DNA from: Psammoneis japonica
Lineage: Eukaryota
DNA length: 64,000 nt
Assembly (NCBI GenBank): GCA_008632985.1
Contig: QPGO01000119.1
Coordinates: 124,001 to 188,000 of the forward strand
Direction: 5' to 3'
Shown: positions 33,714 through 44,830 of the stretch, in pieces
Layout of the letters: each line of letters opens with the position of its first letter
Numbering within the stretch: position 1 is the first letter of the stretch
Position numbers and translations under genes: made by a program
The notes under the pieces: model-generated
What the model was told of the DNA's origin: nothing
The model's database searches: none
The model's input: the letters and a program-made list of their open reading frames with translations, nothing else

Positions 33714-34817
33714 CTATTTATGAATTGCGTCACCGCTCCATTCTCGTTCTTGAGAGGCAAGGATAATATTGGTACCGAGCGGATCATCCGAGCCTTGAGG
33801 CTCTAGGAACAAGGTGGGATTGCTCGTGAGGAAAATGGGAGCCTCGAATCCGTCGGGCCACTCCCACTTCTGACGCGGCTTGTTCTTGTCGCATCGGTAA
33901 AGTCGCATTTGAACACCATGGACAATAGGTGCGCCATTGTGACCTTTAATGTTCATATATTGCAAAACAGATGTTAGTACGTTCATATAAGCCATTTCGA
34001 CAAAAAAAAACAACTGTCATTCGGACAGAAAACAAGCTGGATGCAACACGACAATCAACTTACCTGCCTGGAGACAGTACGAGTCGTCAATTCTGTTGTG
34101 AAACAGTCCATCTCCATCGAGCCTCCAGTGGGCACTGAAGCCTTTGCTACATTCATCCAAGATGATCTGCGTACCGTCGCTAGCAACACCATTCTTCACC
34201 GCAACACACTTTCCATCACCAGCATAAAGTTCGTAGAACCCGGTACGGAACACAAAATTGAATCGTCCTTGATTCTGACAATTCAGAACTTTCATCTCGT
34301 CATCATCTTCAGGAGTCGTTCCATGGTTTGCAATGCATTGGCTTGGGTTCGACTGGAGTTGGATCTGAGTTAACGTGTTGACGTCACCATACGTGAATTT
34401 CTGGTTACTGTCGTTGTCATTGCATGGGGCGAGACGAAGAAAGTCACCCGAGGCAACCATGCACGTATCCCAATCGATACGGCTATGAATCAGGCCATCC
34501 ATTGGAATCCAGAGTTGCTCGCTGGGTCCGGAGTTGAAGGCGCAAGGACGAAAGCCCACGTAGTTGTCGTCGCCAGTGGCACAGACACCTTTTGTTGCGT
34601 CGATGCACCAAGCGACGTCATTGCTTGCCCTTGAAACGATAAAAGTCGCGCCATTTTGGAGCAATCGACGATGGCCAATACCCGTCCCTTCTGGCGAGTG
34701 ATCATGAACGGACTGGCGCATCCACGTCTTCTGTTTCTTCTTACCCCCGAGCCTTGCTCCGTGGAGTGGTCCTCCGAGTAGCACGATAGCGACTATCGTT
34801 TGAGTCAAAATCTTCAT
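33714..34817 (-). CDS. Secreted ricin-B (beta-trefoil) lectin-domain protein; intron 33944-34063
   Basis: Signal peptide MKILTQTIVAIVLLGGPLHG. Repeated C-[ILMV] ... C ... QxW/QxF units (WCIDA..PC..EQLW, TCMVA..PC..NQKF, YCLQA..RC..RQKW). Confidence 0.85.
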
Positions 34818-35500
34818 TGCCTGTTGCGCGATAATGAGTCTTACAAAAGAGGTTAGTTCGTTGTAGACCATTATATGTATGCATGCCATTTCGACATCAA
34901 TTTGGCATTGGAACAGAAAGCGACATGGAAATAAACAGATACATCGCGACAATCGACAGCATCATCGCTTGCTTACCTTAAGCGTATTGTTGTTATTGCT
35001 TTTGTTTGATAAAATCTGATTGTTTTTTGTGGGACCGCTGAATGGGATTGCAAAAAGATGTCATGACGGGAATCACATCGCGAAACCGAAGAAAGTGAAA
35101 AGTGGTTGCGCGAAAATGTGATGGGAATTTGCTGCATAGATATTCAAAACCTTCAGTTATTAATTATTAATATTTTATAAATGTATTAAATAATGAAGCT
35201 TCCTATTCAGTTTTGACTTCGAAAATTTCGCGGATATCAAAAATACTCTTTAGTGCATGAATACCTGTATACATAATGTACACGCGATCTCAATTGCCCC
35301 CCGCAAAATTGATGTGGGACCAGAAGACTCTTGACGATTCTCACGTTTTTTGCTGAGGGCGGGAAATTAGCCCGGCGCTCGCGTCAGTCGTCTTGTTGGG
35401 CCCCTCAAACGATTGGTGAAAGCGAGAAAGCACTGTATCCGAAGCGAGTCAGGAAAGGCTCACAAGAGGAATTGTTGAAATCAGGTGATCGTAAAGAAAT

Positions 35501-37636
35501 ATGGATGAAGAGAAAGGCTCTAGCATCTCCAGAAGTGTGAGGTTCAAGGATGATGATGATCTGGTGCAAATACAAGACGATCCGTCGGACCAAAAAGATA
35601 CTCAGCATCTTCAAAATAAGATAACCGAAAACGGTGCACTCGCCACGAACGACGCATTCTCTCCACCCCATCGGGACAAGGAGGATGTCCCCTCAGACGG
35701 CGAATCTTGCTCCCCAAAGAATTCTCCTACCAGTGTTGCTATTACCCCTGCCGCATCATACGAGTTCTGGGCCTGCAAACGGTGCAACTACAAGAACGCA
35801 GATGTCAAGGGTCAGCTTTGCGCAAAATGTGGCGCGAATCGGTTGATTAGAAGACAAGCTAGGGCTATTCCTCGCAACTCCTTACAACTTAAAGATGTAA
35901 AGGGCGAAGAGTCCCTCTCTCCTCAGGCAGAGGAGGCTCTCTCGCCGCTTAGCCTCTGCGATGGTTCCGTGGAAAGTGACGATTCATCAGTTGAAGTGAA
36001 CTTGCATCCTCCGCAAATCTTGAGGTCTTCTTATTCTTTTGACGAGGAAGACAAAACTGTGGTGGCAGGAAATATCTCATCTTCAAAACGTACGAAACAA
36101 GTCCCCGACCCCTTGGCCAAACTTGGGCCCCATCCTACATTGAATGTCACTGATCGCGACGACAGCGAAGCTCCAGTCCAAAACCCAAAAGAGAACACTT
36201 CCAATCATTTGATCCGCCATCACGACAAACGAAGGCTGTTCTGTGGTTTTACAGCTCCCCGTTGTATCTTGATATTTGTGACGATCTTTGTTCTCTTGTG
36301 TGCCGCGGTGGTTGCGATTGCAGTCCTCTTGTTGGCAGACGACAACTCAAGCGGATCGTCACCAAAAGCAATCGGATCACCTCCAGCTACTGCCTCACCG
36401 TCAGCGCCACCATCAACATTTCCGTCCGCCCAATCACAGATGGTACCAACAGTGACACCAACCGTTGCGCCGCCGCCCGACACAGCCCAGCCGACAGAAA
36501 CACCGGCGACGCTGGTACCGGTGAATCAACCCATTCGAGGCCCGCCTCGAAGTGGCTTTGGAAGAGCCATTGATATTAGTGGCAATGGCAATGTGGTTGC
36601 TGTCGGGGCATACAACGCCCGCAATGCGGATGGAGTACGTGGAGGACTGGTGCAGTTGTTTGTTGTGTCTCCCGAAACAAAAGAATGGACACAGCTCGGG
36701 CAGCAATTATTTGGTGGAAATCCGGTCGGCATGTTTGGATCAACAGTGTCCCTTTCACTAGACGGGTCCACAGTTGCTATAGGTGGACCTGGCTATGACA
36801 CTGATTCAACAAGAAATGCCGGGTACGTCAAGGTATTTCGACTAAATGCTGAAGACAACGAGTGGATTCCGTTAGGCCCAATTTTGTACGGGGAGTCGAG
36901 GGACGAGAGGCTTGGGTCAACCATTACTCAATCAGAAAATGGTGAAACTATAGCTGTAGGATCCAGGAAAGGAATCAAGATATTCACGTTTGACACGGAA
37001 TCAAGAGAATGGATACAAATGGGTAGCGAAATAGACGACGGCGGTAGGGATGACACTGGCTGGAAAGTGTCTCTTTCAGACACAGGGCTATCGTTAGCTA
37101 CTGGTGTCCCAGCAGATGACGACTCAAGTTCAGCGACTGCACGAGTTTACTACTTTGATGATGACATTAGCGATTGGTTGTTGAGCGGACAGATAAAGGG
37201 AACTTCAATAGAAGGATCCAATGACGAGTTTGAGCGTCCCCCGTCAGTATCAATTTCAGGAGACGGAAATATTGTTGCGGTTCATGAAGTGAACAGTGAC
37301 GGAATCTCCCTGGCTGGAGCCTTTAAGTACGACAGCAATGATTCTCGCTGGTCACCAATCGGACAGGCCATCGCAAGAAACTTGCAAAGGAGGTTGGTAG
37401 AATCCGTTACTGTTGCTTCTCAGTCTGTGTCTTTGTCAAAGGACGGCCAAGTTCTTGCAGTGAATATCGCCGGGGTACCTTCTGTGTTTCGGTACGATTC
37501 AAAGGCCGACCTTTGGAGGAAGACGATTTACAATTTTCTCTTCTTTGGGAATTCAGTGCAGCTCTCTGAAGACGGAAAAATTATGGCAGTTGGGAACGAA
37601 ATGGTTGCACAGGTTGATTTCTTTCTTCTTGGATGA
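35501..37636 (+). CDS. RanBP2/NZF zinc finger + TM + stalk + FG-GAP-like propeller protein
   Basis: Intact 711-aa ORF. WACKRCNYKNADVKGQLCAKCG; TM CILIFVTIFVLLCAAVVAIAVLLL; S.S.DG..VA.G repeats. Confidence 0.9.
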   Translation: MDEEKGSSISRSVRFKDDDDLVQIQDDPSDQKDTQHLQNKITENGALATNDAFSPPHRDKEDVPSDGESCSPKNSPTSVAITPAASYEFWACKRCNYKNADVKGQLCAKCGANRLIRRQARAIPRNSLQLKDVKGEESLSPQAEEALSPLSLCDGSVESDDSSVEVNLHPPQILRSSYSFDEEDKTVVAGNISSSKRTKQVPDPLAKLGPHPTLNVTDRDDSEAPVQNPKENTSNHLIRHHDKRRLFCGFTAPRCILIFVTIFVLLCAAVVAIAVLLLADDNSSGSSPKAIGSPPATASPSAPPSTFPSAQSQMVPTVTPTVAPPPDTAQPTETPATLVPVNQPIRGPPRSGFGRAIDISGNGNVVAVGAYNARNADGVRGGLVQLFVVSPETKEWTQLGQQLFGGNPVGMFGSTVSLSLDGSTVAIGGPGYDTDSTRNAGYVKVFRLNAEDNEWIPLGPILYGESRDERLGSTITQSENGETIAVGSRKGIKIFTFDTESREWIQMGSEIDDGGRDDTGWKVSLSDTGLSLATGVPADDDSSSATARVYYFDDDISDWLLSGQIKGTSIEGSNDEFERPPSVSISGDGNIVAVHEVNSDGISLAGAFKYDSNDSRWSPIGQAIARNLQRRLVESVTVASQSVSLSKDGQVLAVNIAGVPSVFRYDSKADLWRKTIYNFLFFGNSVQLSEDGKIMAVGNEMVAQVDFFLLG

Positions 37637-37709
37637 TAAACAGTGGTCGTGGCAAGGAAAACTACTGTACTGTAGTCATAAGAAGTGGTCCTCGCGGGCT
37701 GCAATGGGG

Positions 37710-37885
37710 CCCTAGCTCTAGTAGCTACTAACTATGTAGTAGAGCTACGAGTAGCTACCTACATACTCTAATTTTTAGTAGCTACTAAGCTCTAGAGAGG
37801 AGTAATTTCTAGAGAGTAGTAGCTAGCTACTGGAGTAGAGAGTCAATCTAAGAGAGTAGGGCCCTAAGAGAGAGCTACCGGTGGT
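37710..37885. repeat. Intergenic TAG/CTA/AGAG micro-palindrome tract
   Basis: cctagctctagtagctactaactatgtagtagagctacgagtagctac..ctctagagag..tctagagagtagtagctagctac..tagggcccta..ctaccggt. Confidence 0.85.
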
Positions 37886-38280
37886 ATGGATACGTTATGC
37901 GGCACGACCAAGGACGCGCTCCAGGGGTTGAAGTTCACCGAGATCTTACTCATGTCACATTCTAATCATTATTTAAGACAGCTCATCTCCTGTACTTAAC
38001 GTTCGTGAATGAATAGACATTTTCGGAATAAGTAATACGTCCACGTCGAACGTCCGAATCCATGCAACGGAAATCAAAACGCGTTCACAAGTCTTGGATC
38101 GATGTTCGGGTCGAGGAGTTCGCCGTCTTCTGAACGCGATGCTTGATTCAGAAAAGAGAAGATAATAATGAAGATTAGGACTGAAGGTGCGGCTGCGTGT
38201 GAATTGAAACTATTGAACCATGTTACATTGCAGTAGGTGCAATTCTCACTCTTTCTGATTCTTTCTGTTTCGCGAAAAAG

Positions 38281-40737
38281 ATGAAGGCGGGAAATACAGA
38301 GAATCACCAACATGGAGACGCAGATTATGAGAACAGGAAGCGGAGGGAGGACAGTCTTAAAGATGTTGCGTTGAATGGAAGTCAGCAAGGTCCACTAGAA
38401 TGCGCTCCACCAAAGAATGGGAGGTATTCTGGAGGAATAACTGACGGCGGGATGTCTCGTCGATCCCAAGAATCATCCCGTTTCACATTACCAGCAGGAG
38501 AACCTTCGTCATCCGCCGAGTCGTGGGACTTGAGATCCTCTGCTTCGTTCACCAGTTCTGCGCACTTTGAAATAGAAGAGGATTGGCACTGCCCACAATG
38601 TTCATATCGCAATGCTGCCTATTCAGGAAGTCAGGTCTGTGCGCTGTGTGGGAGTCGCAGACCTCCCAAGACAACTCCAAGCATGAGCTCTCTCACGTCT
38701 GCGTCGGAAGATGTTCGAGAGTTCCCTACCATGTCAGAACGTCGTCCTAGACGATTAGCGGGGCGGTTTGCTGTTAGTGTCCCCTACGAGTCTAGTTCCA
38801 AACTAAGTACCAGTACTTCGAGCTTTAGCAGCAAGAGCACTGAAAAAGCGTCAAACATTCATCATAAGAAACCGGGTCGTCGTCATTCACACAACCACAA
38901 GAGCAGCATAAAGGGCCAAGCAATTCCGGAAGAACCAATGAAAGAGAGAGCTCACTCTGAAAATGATGCAAGCTTGATGATGAAACAGAAAATTCTTGAG
39001 GATGAAGCGACGAAACCACCGTCCATGCCAAGGAGACCCTCGTGGGGCTTGGCGGCTTCAACCGCACCCGAAAGCAGTAGCAGCAGAAGCAGCAACAGCT
39101 GGAAGCCGCCACCTGCTGCAGACATTGTGATCCCTATCCCTCAAGATGACAGCAGCAGTAGCAACGGGAAGCCGCCACCTGCGGCAGGTATTGTGATCCC
39201 TGTTTCTCAAGGCGGCAGTGGCAACAGCAACAGTGAAATGGGTGGGGCTGATCAACCGACTGCTCCCACGTCACGGATTGCCGTTGATACAAAGAGCACC
39301 TTGCAGGTGGAGAATGGTTCTGTTGAAAACGATATCAATCACGAGACGCCAAACTCCAAGCACTATTTCAAGCGATGTTCCAAGCGGACAGCTCTGCTTG
39401 TGATGCTTCTATTTATCGTTGCCATTGGTGGCGCTATTGCGGCTGTGTTTCTTCTGTTGATTGATAGTGATAGTGGCAATACTGAATCCAGCATTGGTGG
39501 ACAATCGGAGAAACCGGTGACGAGTTTGCCAGTCACTCCTGTTCCCACTACTGCTCCAGGAACAGGGTTGCCAGTCACTCTTGGTCCCACTGCTGCACCA
39601 GCCACACCTTATCCGACGGCACCGATCACTCCCAGCCCCACGCGAGACCCTAACGAATCGCTCTCTATTCCTCCTGGGCAATCGACGCCAGTACCTACGG
39701 TCATTACAAAGCCACCTTTACAAGAAAGTTTTGAACCTTTTGGTTCGATCCAGCCGGGCCCTGGTCTTCAAGGGTTTGGCTCCGCGTTATCCATTTCGAG
39801 GAATGGACAATTGGTAGCTGTTGCTGCAAGAAACTCAAATACTGTCCAGCTTTACCGGTACATAGCTAATGGAAGTGGGAAATGGGAGTTAACCCTACAG
39901 CAAAGATTTTCATTGCCCGTTATTTCGGTCGCTGTTTCTGGTGACGGTTCGACGCTGGCAGTTGGTACCCTCACGAGCGTGATTGTGTATCGACATGATA
40001 GTGTCCTTTGGACGCCACTTGACGAAGAAATCCCACACGCTGGGTTCTCGGTTGCCTTTTCTAACGACGGCACCTTCCTAGCCGTTGGTTCGTTCGCGGA
40101 AGTGGGGACTTTCACAATTAGAAAGGGAGGCTTAGAATGGAAGGAAATCGAATACGTTCGCCTTGGTGACCGCCACGAAGGTGGGACGACTGTGTCTGTC
40201 ACCGGAGATGGAACGCTTGTAGCCGTCGGCAGCCTACGAAAGAGAGAGCAAGGTCGAAGGCGTAACAGAGTTGCAGTCTACGATTCTCGACTCCAACTTA
40301 TTCCAAGGTCAGCGCTCCAATTCGAAGAAACTTCTCGTCCGCCTTCTATTTCCATATCGGAAGACGGAAGCCGTCTTGCTATCGGTACAAACTCGAATTT
40401 TGAAGACCCCGTGTTCGTGTATTCTTATAGTAGCATGTCGAATGGTTGGGTGTTGAGCTGGGTTTCGGGTCTACCTGCACCACCAAGGTTTTCGTTCACG
40501 GGCACGTCAGTTTCCATGTCAGACTCTGGCAATGTTCTTGCTATCGCTAGCGGAGATGACATCGCCCGTGTTTATAGATTTCAGAACTTATCACAATCAT
40601 GGGAGCCACTTGACCCTCCTCTTGACGTCGAAGACAATCTTTATGGTAGTTCAATCATGCTGTCGGGTGACGGAGGTGCTGTGGCTGTAGGCGATGTGGA
40701 ACTAAGACAAGTAAACCTTTTCAAACTTCCGGCATGA
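38281..40737 (+). CDS. RanBP2/NZF zinc finger + TM + stalk + FG-GAP-like propeller protein
   Basis: Intact 818-aa ORF. WHCPQCSYRNAAYSGSQVCALCG; TM ALLVMLLFIVAIGGAIAAVFLLLI; propeller repeats. Confidence 0.9.
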   Translation: MKAGNTENHQHGDADYENRKRREDSLKDVALNGSQQGPLECAPPKNGRYSGGITDGGMSRRSQESSRFTLPAGEPSSSAESWDLRSSASFTSSAHFEIEEDWHCPQCSYRNAAYSGSQVCALCGSRRPPKTTPSMSSLTSASEDVREFPTMSERRPRRLAGRFAVSVPYESSSKLSTSTSSFSSKSTEKASNIHHKKPGRRHSHNHKSSIKGQAIPEEPMKERAHSENDASLMMKQKILEDEATKPPSMPRRPSWGLAASTAPESSSSRSSNSWKPPPAADIVIPIPQDDSSSSNGKPPPAAGIVIPVSQGGSGNSNSEMGGADQPTAPTSRIAVDTKSTLQVENGSVENDINHETPNSKHYFKRCSKRTALLVMLLFIVAIGGAIAAVFLLLIDSDSGNTESSIGGQSEKPVTSLPVTPVPTTAPGTGLPVTLGPTAAPATPYPTAPITPSPTRDPNESLSIPPGQSTPVPTVITKPPLQESFEPFGSIQPGPGLQGFGSALSISRNGQLVAVAARNSNTVQLYRYIANGSGKWELTLQQRFSLPVISVAVSGDGSTLAVGTLTSVIVYRHDSVLWTPLDEEIPHAGFSVAFSNDGTFLAVGSFAEVGTFTIRKGGLEWKEIEYVRLGDRHEGGTTVSVTGDGTLVAVGSLRKREQGRRRNRVAVYDSRLQLIPRSALQFEETSRPPSISISEDGSRLAIGTNSNFEDPVFVYSYSSMSNGWVLSWVSGLPAPPRFSFTGTSVSMSDSGNVLAIASGDDIARVYRFQNLSQSWEPLDPPLDVEDNLYGSSIMLSGDGGAVAVGDVELRQVNLFKLPA

Positions 40738-40984
40738 TAGGGCGAGAGACGGACGACCCGTGATTACCAGATGAAGCGATTCGAGATTATTGTTTGCCAG
40801 CTGGTGAGTTTCAAGTACCCCGCATGCATAATAATAGGTAGACTAAAGCAGATGTTCTGGATTTTTGAGTATGTACAACTGGAATGTCTCTACTACTAGA
40901 TCTCACGATTTTTCTGCTGGAGAACCTTCGTCCTCCTCCGAGTCGCGGGACTTGGGATCATTATTTGTTTCAGCTAAAAGTGTT

Positions 40985-41105
40985 GCTCTAGCTACTCTAG
41001 TCTAGAGAAGCTATTCTCTATACTGCTAGCTAGAGAGTAGGGCCTAAAGTAGCTAGAGAGTACCGGTAGCGACTAGAGCTAGCTACTAGAGAGTAAAGGA
41101 GCTAC
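40985..41105. repeat. Intergenic TAG/CTA/AGAG micro-palindrome tract
   Basis: ctctagctactctagtctagagaagcta..gctagctagagagtagggcctaaagtagctagagagtaccggtagcgactagagctagctactagagagta. Confidence 0.85.
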
Positions 41106-41389
41106 AGTGAAGAAAGAAGGTCTGGCTGTGTTGCCTTTGTGCCGTCTGTGCGATGTGTGGTCATTATTTGTGTCCGTCAGTGGCTCGACGGCCGGGCGGT
41201 CATTACCACCACCGCGTCATTGAAGTGATTGAGACTCTCCGAACTTTTGACAAATACGAGAATCATTTTTTTGCGGATCAAACGGACTTTCTGACTCTTT
41301 GTTGCTGTTGTCGATCTCCTGGGAGCACTTTATCAGAGCTACCATAATACTTTATGATTGAAGCAAGGAGATGTTCGAGAGTTCCGACC

Positions 41390-43270
41390 ATGTCAGAACA
41401 TCGTCCTTCACGATTTGCGGAGCGATTTGCAGTTGGCGTCCCCTATGAGTCTAGTTCCAAACTAAGTACCAGTACCTCGAGCTTTAGCAGCAAGAGCACA
41501 GCCAAAGTGTCAAATGTTAGTCACCATAAGAAAACGGCAAATCACCATTCACACGAGCACAAGAGCATCACAGAGGGTCAAGGCATTTCGGAAGGATCAA
41601 TGAAACAGGGAGCTCAGTCTGAAACGGACGAGAGCTTGATGATGAAAGAGGAAACTCCCGAGGATGATGCGACGAAACCGTCGTCCATGGTACGGAGACC
41701 TTCGGGGGGCTTGGTTGCTACAGCACCCGAAAGCAGCAGTTGCAGCGGTATTAATGGCAGCAGTAACTGGAAGCCATCACCTGCTACAGACATTGTGATT
41801 CCTATCTCTCAAGACGACGGTAGCAACAGCGAGCGTGAAATGGATGGGGTCGCTGAACCGACTCTTTCTATGTCAATGATTGCTGTTGATAGATCTATTA
41901 CCTTGCCGGTGGTGGAGAATTGTTTAGTTCCAACCGAAATCTATCGTGAGAAACCGAATTCCAAGCACTATTGCAAGCGATGCACCAAGCGGAAAGCTCT
42001 GATTATGTTCCTTCTATTTATTGCTGCTGCTTGGGGTGCTATTACTGCTGCGGTTCTTTTATTGGCCGATAACGACAGTGAGGGTGGTAGCTCTCAGTCA
42101 ACTTCCGGTGGACAAACGGGAAACCCACTAACGAATTCACCAGTCACTCCTTTTCCAACTACTACGCCCGCCCCCTCTAATCCGATGACCAGCCCCACGC
42201 TAGCACCTAACGAATCGCTCACTTTGTCTCCTGAGCAATCGACACCGACACCCACGGTCACAACAACAACACAATCGCAGGAAAGTTTTGAAGAGTTTGG
42301 TTCGATTTCAGCCCCTCGTCTTCAAGGGTTTGGCTCTCCGTTTTCAATTTCCAGCAATGGGCGATTGATTGCAGTTATTTCCAGAAATTCGAGTGCAGTC
42401 GAGATTCACCAAACGGATGGAAGTGGAAGGTGGACGTTGCAACAAACATTGACACTGCCCGTGACGTCGATCGCTCTTTCTGGTGACGGCTTGACTATGG
42501 CGGTCGGCAGCGATGAGGTCGTTACCTTGTTTAAGTACGAAAGTGAAACCTGGAGTCGATTTGATGTGGCAATCCCGTATGCTGGGTTTTCGGTGGACCT
42601 TTCTCACGACGGCACCTTTCTGTCTGTCGGTTCGTATGCGGAAGCATCAACTTTCAGTGTTGATACAGAGAATTTGACCTGGGAGCTTATGGGATATATT
42701 GATTTAAGTGAATACAACGAGGGTGGGACTAATGTGGCTGTCGCCGCTGATGGAGAGCTTGTAGCAGTTGGGAGCATTCAAAAGGTGCAGCAAGGTTTTG
42801 AAAGGCGAATGAGAGTTGTACTATACAATGCTCAACTGAAGCGAAAGGTTTTTGGACCCTTGCGCTTGCTCCAAGGTTCGTTTGTAACGCCATCTCTTTC
42901 CCTATCTGAAAACGGATCAGTCCTTGCCATTGGTAGAAACGATGATACGATGTCTCGTGTTAGCGTGTTTCACTATGACAACGATTTAGGAGACTGGCAA
43001 GCCAGGTCGCCGTCGCTTCTACCACAGGTGTCCGCCCCGGCAGCAGTGTCTCTATCAGAATCCGGAAATACCCTAGCTGTCAACTTTGGGGATCAGTTTA
43101 CCCGTATCTATCGATTTCGGAACGAATTTCAATCATGGGAGCTAGTTGACGCTCCTCCTGACGTCGTTGACGATCTTAATGGCAGTTCGGTCATGCTCTC
43201 GGGTGACGGAAGTGTTGTGGCTATAGGCGATGCGGAACAAGAGCAAGTCAACCTTTTCAAACTTTCTTGA
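41390..43270 (+). CDS. Tandem paralog of 38281-40737 lacking the zinc-finger N-terminus
   Basis: Homology starts at gatgttcgagagttcc (PTMSE.RP.R.A.RFAV.VPYESSSKLSTSTSSFSSKST). An orphan 5' fragment at ~40915-40960 matches 38492-38538. Start could also be ATG 41354. Confidence 0.85.
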   Translation: MSEHRPSRFAERFAVGVPYESSSKLSTSTSSFSSKSTAKVSNVSHHKKTANHHSHEHKSITEGQGISEGSMKQGAQSETDESLMMKEETPEDDATKPSSMVRRPSGGLVATAPESSSCSGINGSSNWKPSPATDIVIPISQDDGSNSEREMDGVAEPTLSMSMIAVDRSITLPVVENCLVPTEIYREKPNSKHYCKRCTKRKALIMFLLFIAAAWGAITAAVLLLADNDSEGGSSQSTSGGQTGNPLTNSPVTPFPTTTPAPSNPMTSPTLAPNESLTLSPEQSTPTPTVTTTTQSQESFEEFGSISAPRLQGFGSPFSISSNGRLIAVISRNSSAVEIHQTDGSGRWTLQQTLTLPVTSIALSGDGLTMAVGSDEVVTLFKYESETWSRFDVAIPYAGFSVDLSHDGTFLSVGSYAEASTFSVDTENLTWELMGYIDLSEYNEGGTNVAVAADGELVAVGSIQKVQQGFERRMRVVLYNAQLKRKVFGPLRLLQGSFVTPSLSLSENGSVLAIGRNDDTMSRVSVFHYDNDLGDWQARSPSLLPQVSAPAAVSLSESGNTLAVNFGDQFTRIYRFRNEFQSWELVDAPPDVVDDLNGSSVMLSGDGSVVAIGDAEQEQVNLFKLS

Positions 43271-43487
43271 GGGCAAGTGTAGTGATGGAAACGACCCTTA
43301 GCTATTTCTGGATCGAGAGCGCTTGCAGAAAATCGAACATCAGAAGGTGAAGCGACCCAGGATTCTCTCATTAAATCGTGATTTCCTAACCATGTTTCCA
43401 TGCGTATTATAGTATCGGCACAACAACAACTGCATTTAAGTACATACGGTTGATGATTCGTGAACGAGGGTCTCGACACAGCAACGG

Positions 43488-44830
43488 CTAGTCTGAAATG
43501 TCCTTCTCTCTATGAAGCCTGGGTTTGTTCACAATCACATATCCCCGGTAGGCCGACTGACAATTCAGTTTCTTCATTGTCGCCGCGAAATCATCTTGTG
43601 TTTTGGGTTCGTCTTGGTTGCCATCTGGGAAATCCCACACACCACATGAATCAGTGGTTGACAGCGACTGATACAAGAGCTTGGACGGAATCCACGCGGG
43701 CGGGTACTTGTATTTTGCCACGTCCAAAATCAAAAAGGCGTTTCGTTCGTACGAGTACCCAACAAGAGGACTCCAGTGTCCACCACCCACCTGATGGACA
43801 CGGGCACGGTGATAATTCACCATGACGCGGGCATCTGCAGATGATAGAGCCGATTGAATGTCGCGTTCCATGTCCTCTTGACTTGTACGAGACGGGTCAA
43901 CGTAGTAAGCCTCCACGATCCATTCGAGTGGCAAATTGCATTCCAACAAGGCCTTGGTTTGCGCCATGCCCAAGCCTCCCGGTGCATGCAACACGCCATC
44001 CCTACCGCCTGAATTGTGAATGACATGCTTTTCCGTGCACTCGTTCCATACATCGTGTTGCGTCGCATAGTGATAAGGGTGGTAGACGCTGTCCATGGGA
44101 AGGTAAGCGGATCCGCGAAATGAGTTAAGAATGGCAACAGCTAGAAGAGAAAGAGTAAATAAAACAGAGCATGAATATGAGAGATGTGGTTGAATGAGCC
44201 GACTTGTTGTAGCAACAAAACTAGGGACCGTACAGAAAACTCACAGGAAGCAACGGCACAATACGCCTGATTTATCTGAGCATCCCATCCCATGGACGAC
44301 ACTCGAAAGAAATCCGTATTGATAGTTTCCTTTTCATTGTGCAACATCTCGTACGCCAGAGAACTGTTAAAGTACAGAACCTCATCCATATCGACCTGAG
44401 GATTGACCAAATTCTGGCGAGTTTTGTTTTTAATCCACGTTGTTTCATTGTGAAACCAATCAAGAAAACTTTCTTCCGACGTATGAAGCCTGTCTTTCCA
44501 TGCATCCCAATTCTCCAATCGCCTGTCTAACAGAGACACAACCTCAAGATTCGTTGGGACGTTTTTTTCGTTGCCGTTCTTTGGCTGAATTATTGCTGAA
44601 TGAACCAATACATTCACGATCACAACACTTGAAAAGGCCAATAGCATCCATACGGAGGGAGAAGAAGTCTTGGTTTTCAGTGATGAATCTCTGTCGCTGG
44701 TGTTGTTGAGCGGTGAGGATGATTCTTCGCTGAGATTCGCGTAGTCTTGTGTAACAACCACGGACTGGTAGCCCCCGACCGAACTCATTCGCAGCAGTGG
44801 TAGCTCGACAGCATCAACTTGCCTCTTCAT
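43488..44830 (-). CDS. PCS: Phytochelatin synthase family protein with N-terminal membrane anchor; intron 44141-44244
   Basis: AQINQAYCAVAS|SVAILNS (catalytic Cys), VMVNYHRARVHQVGGGHWSPL (His), LILDVAKYKYPPAW (Asp), YRGYV. The intron joins in phase. Confidence 0.92.
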
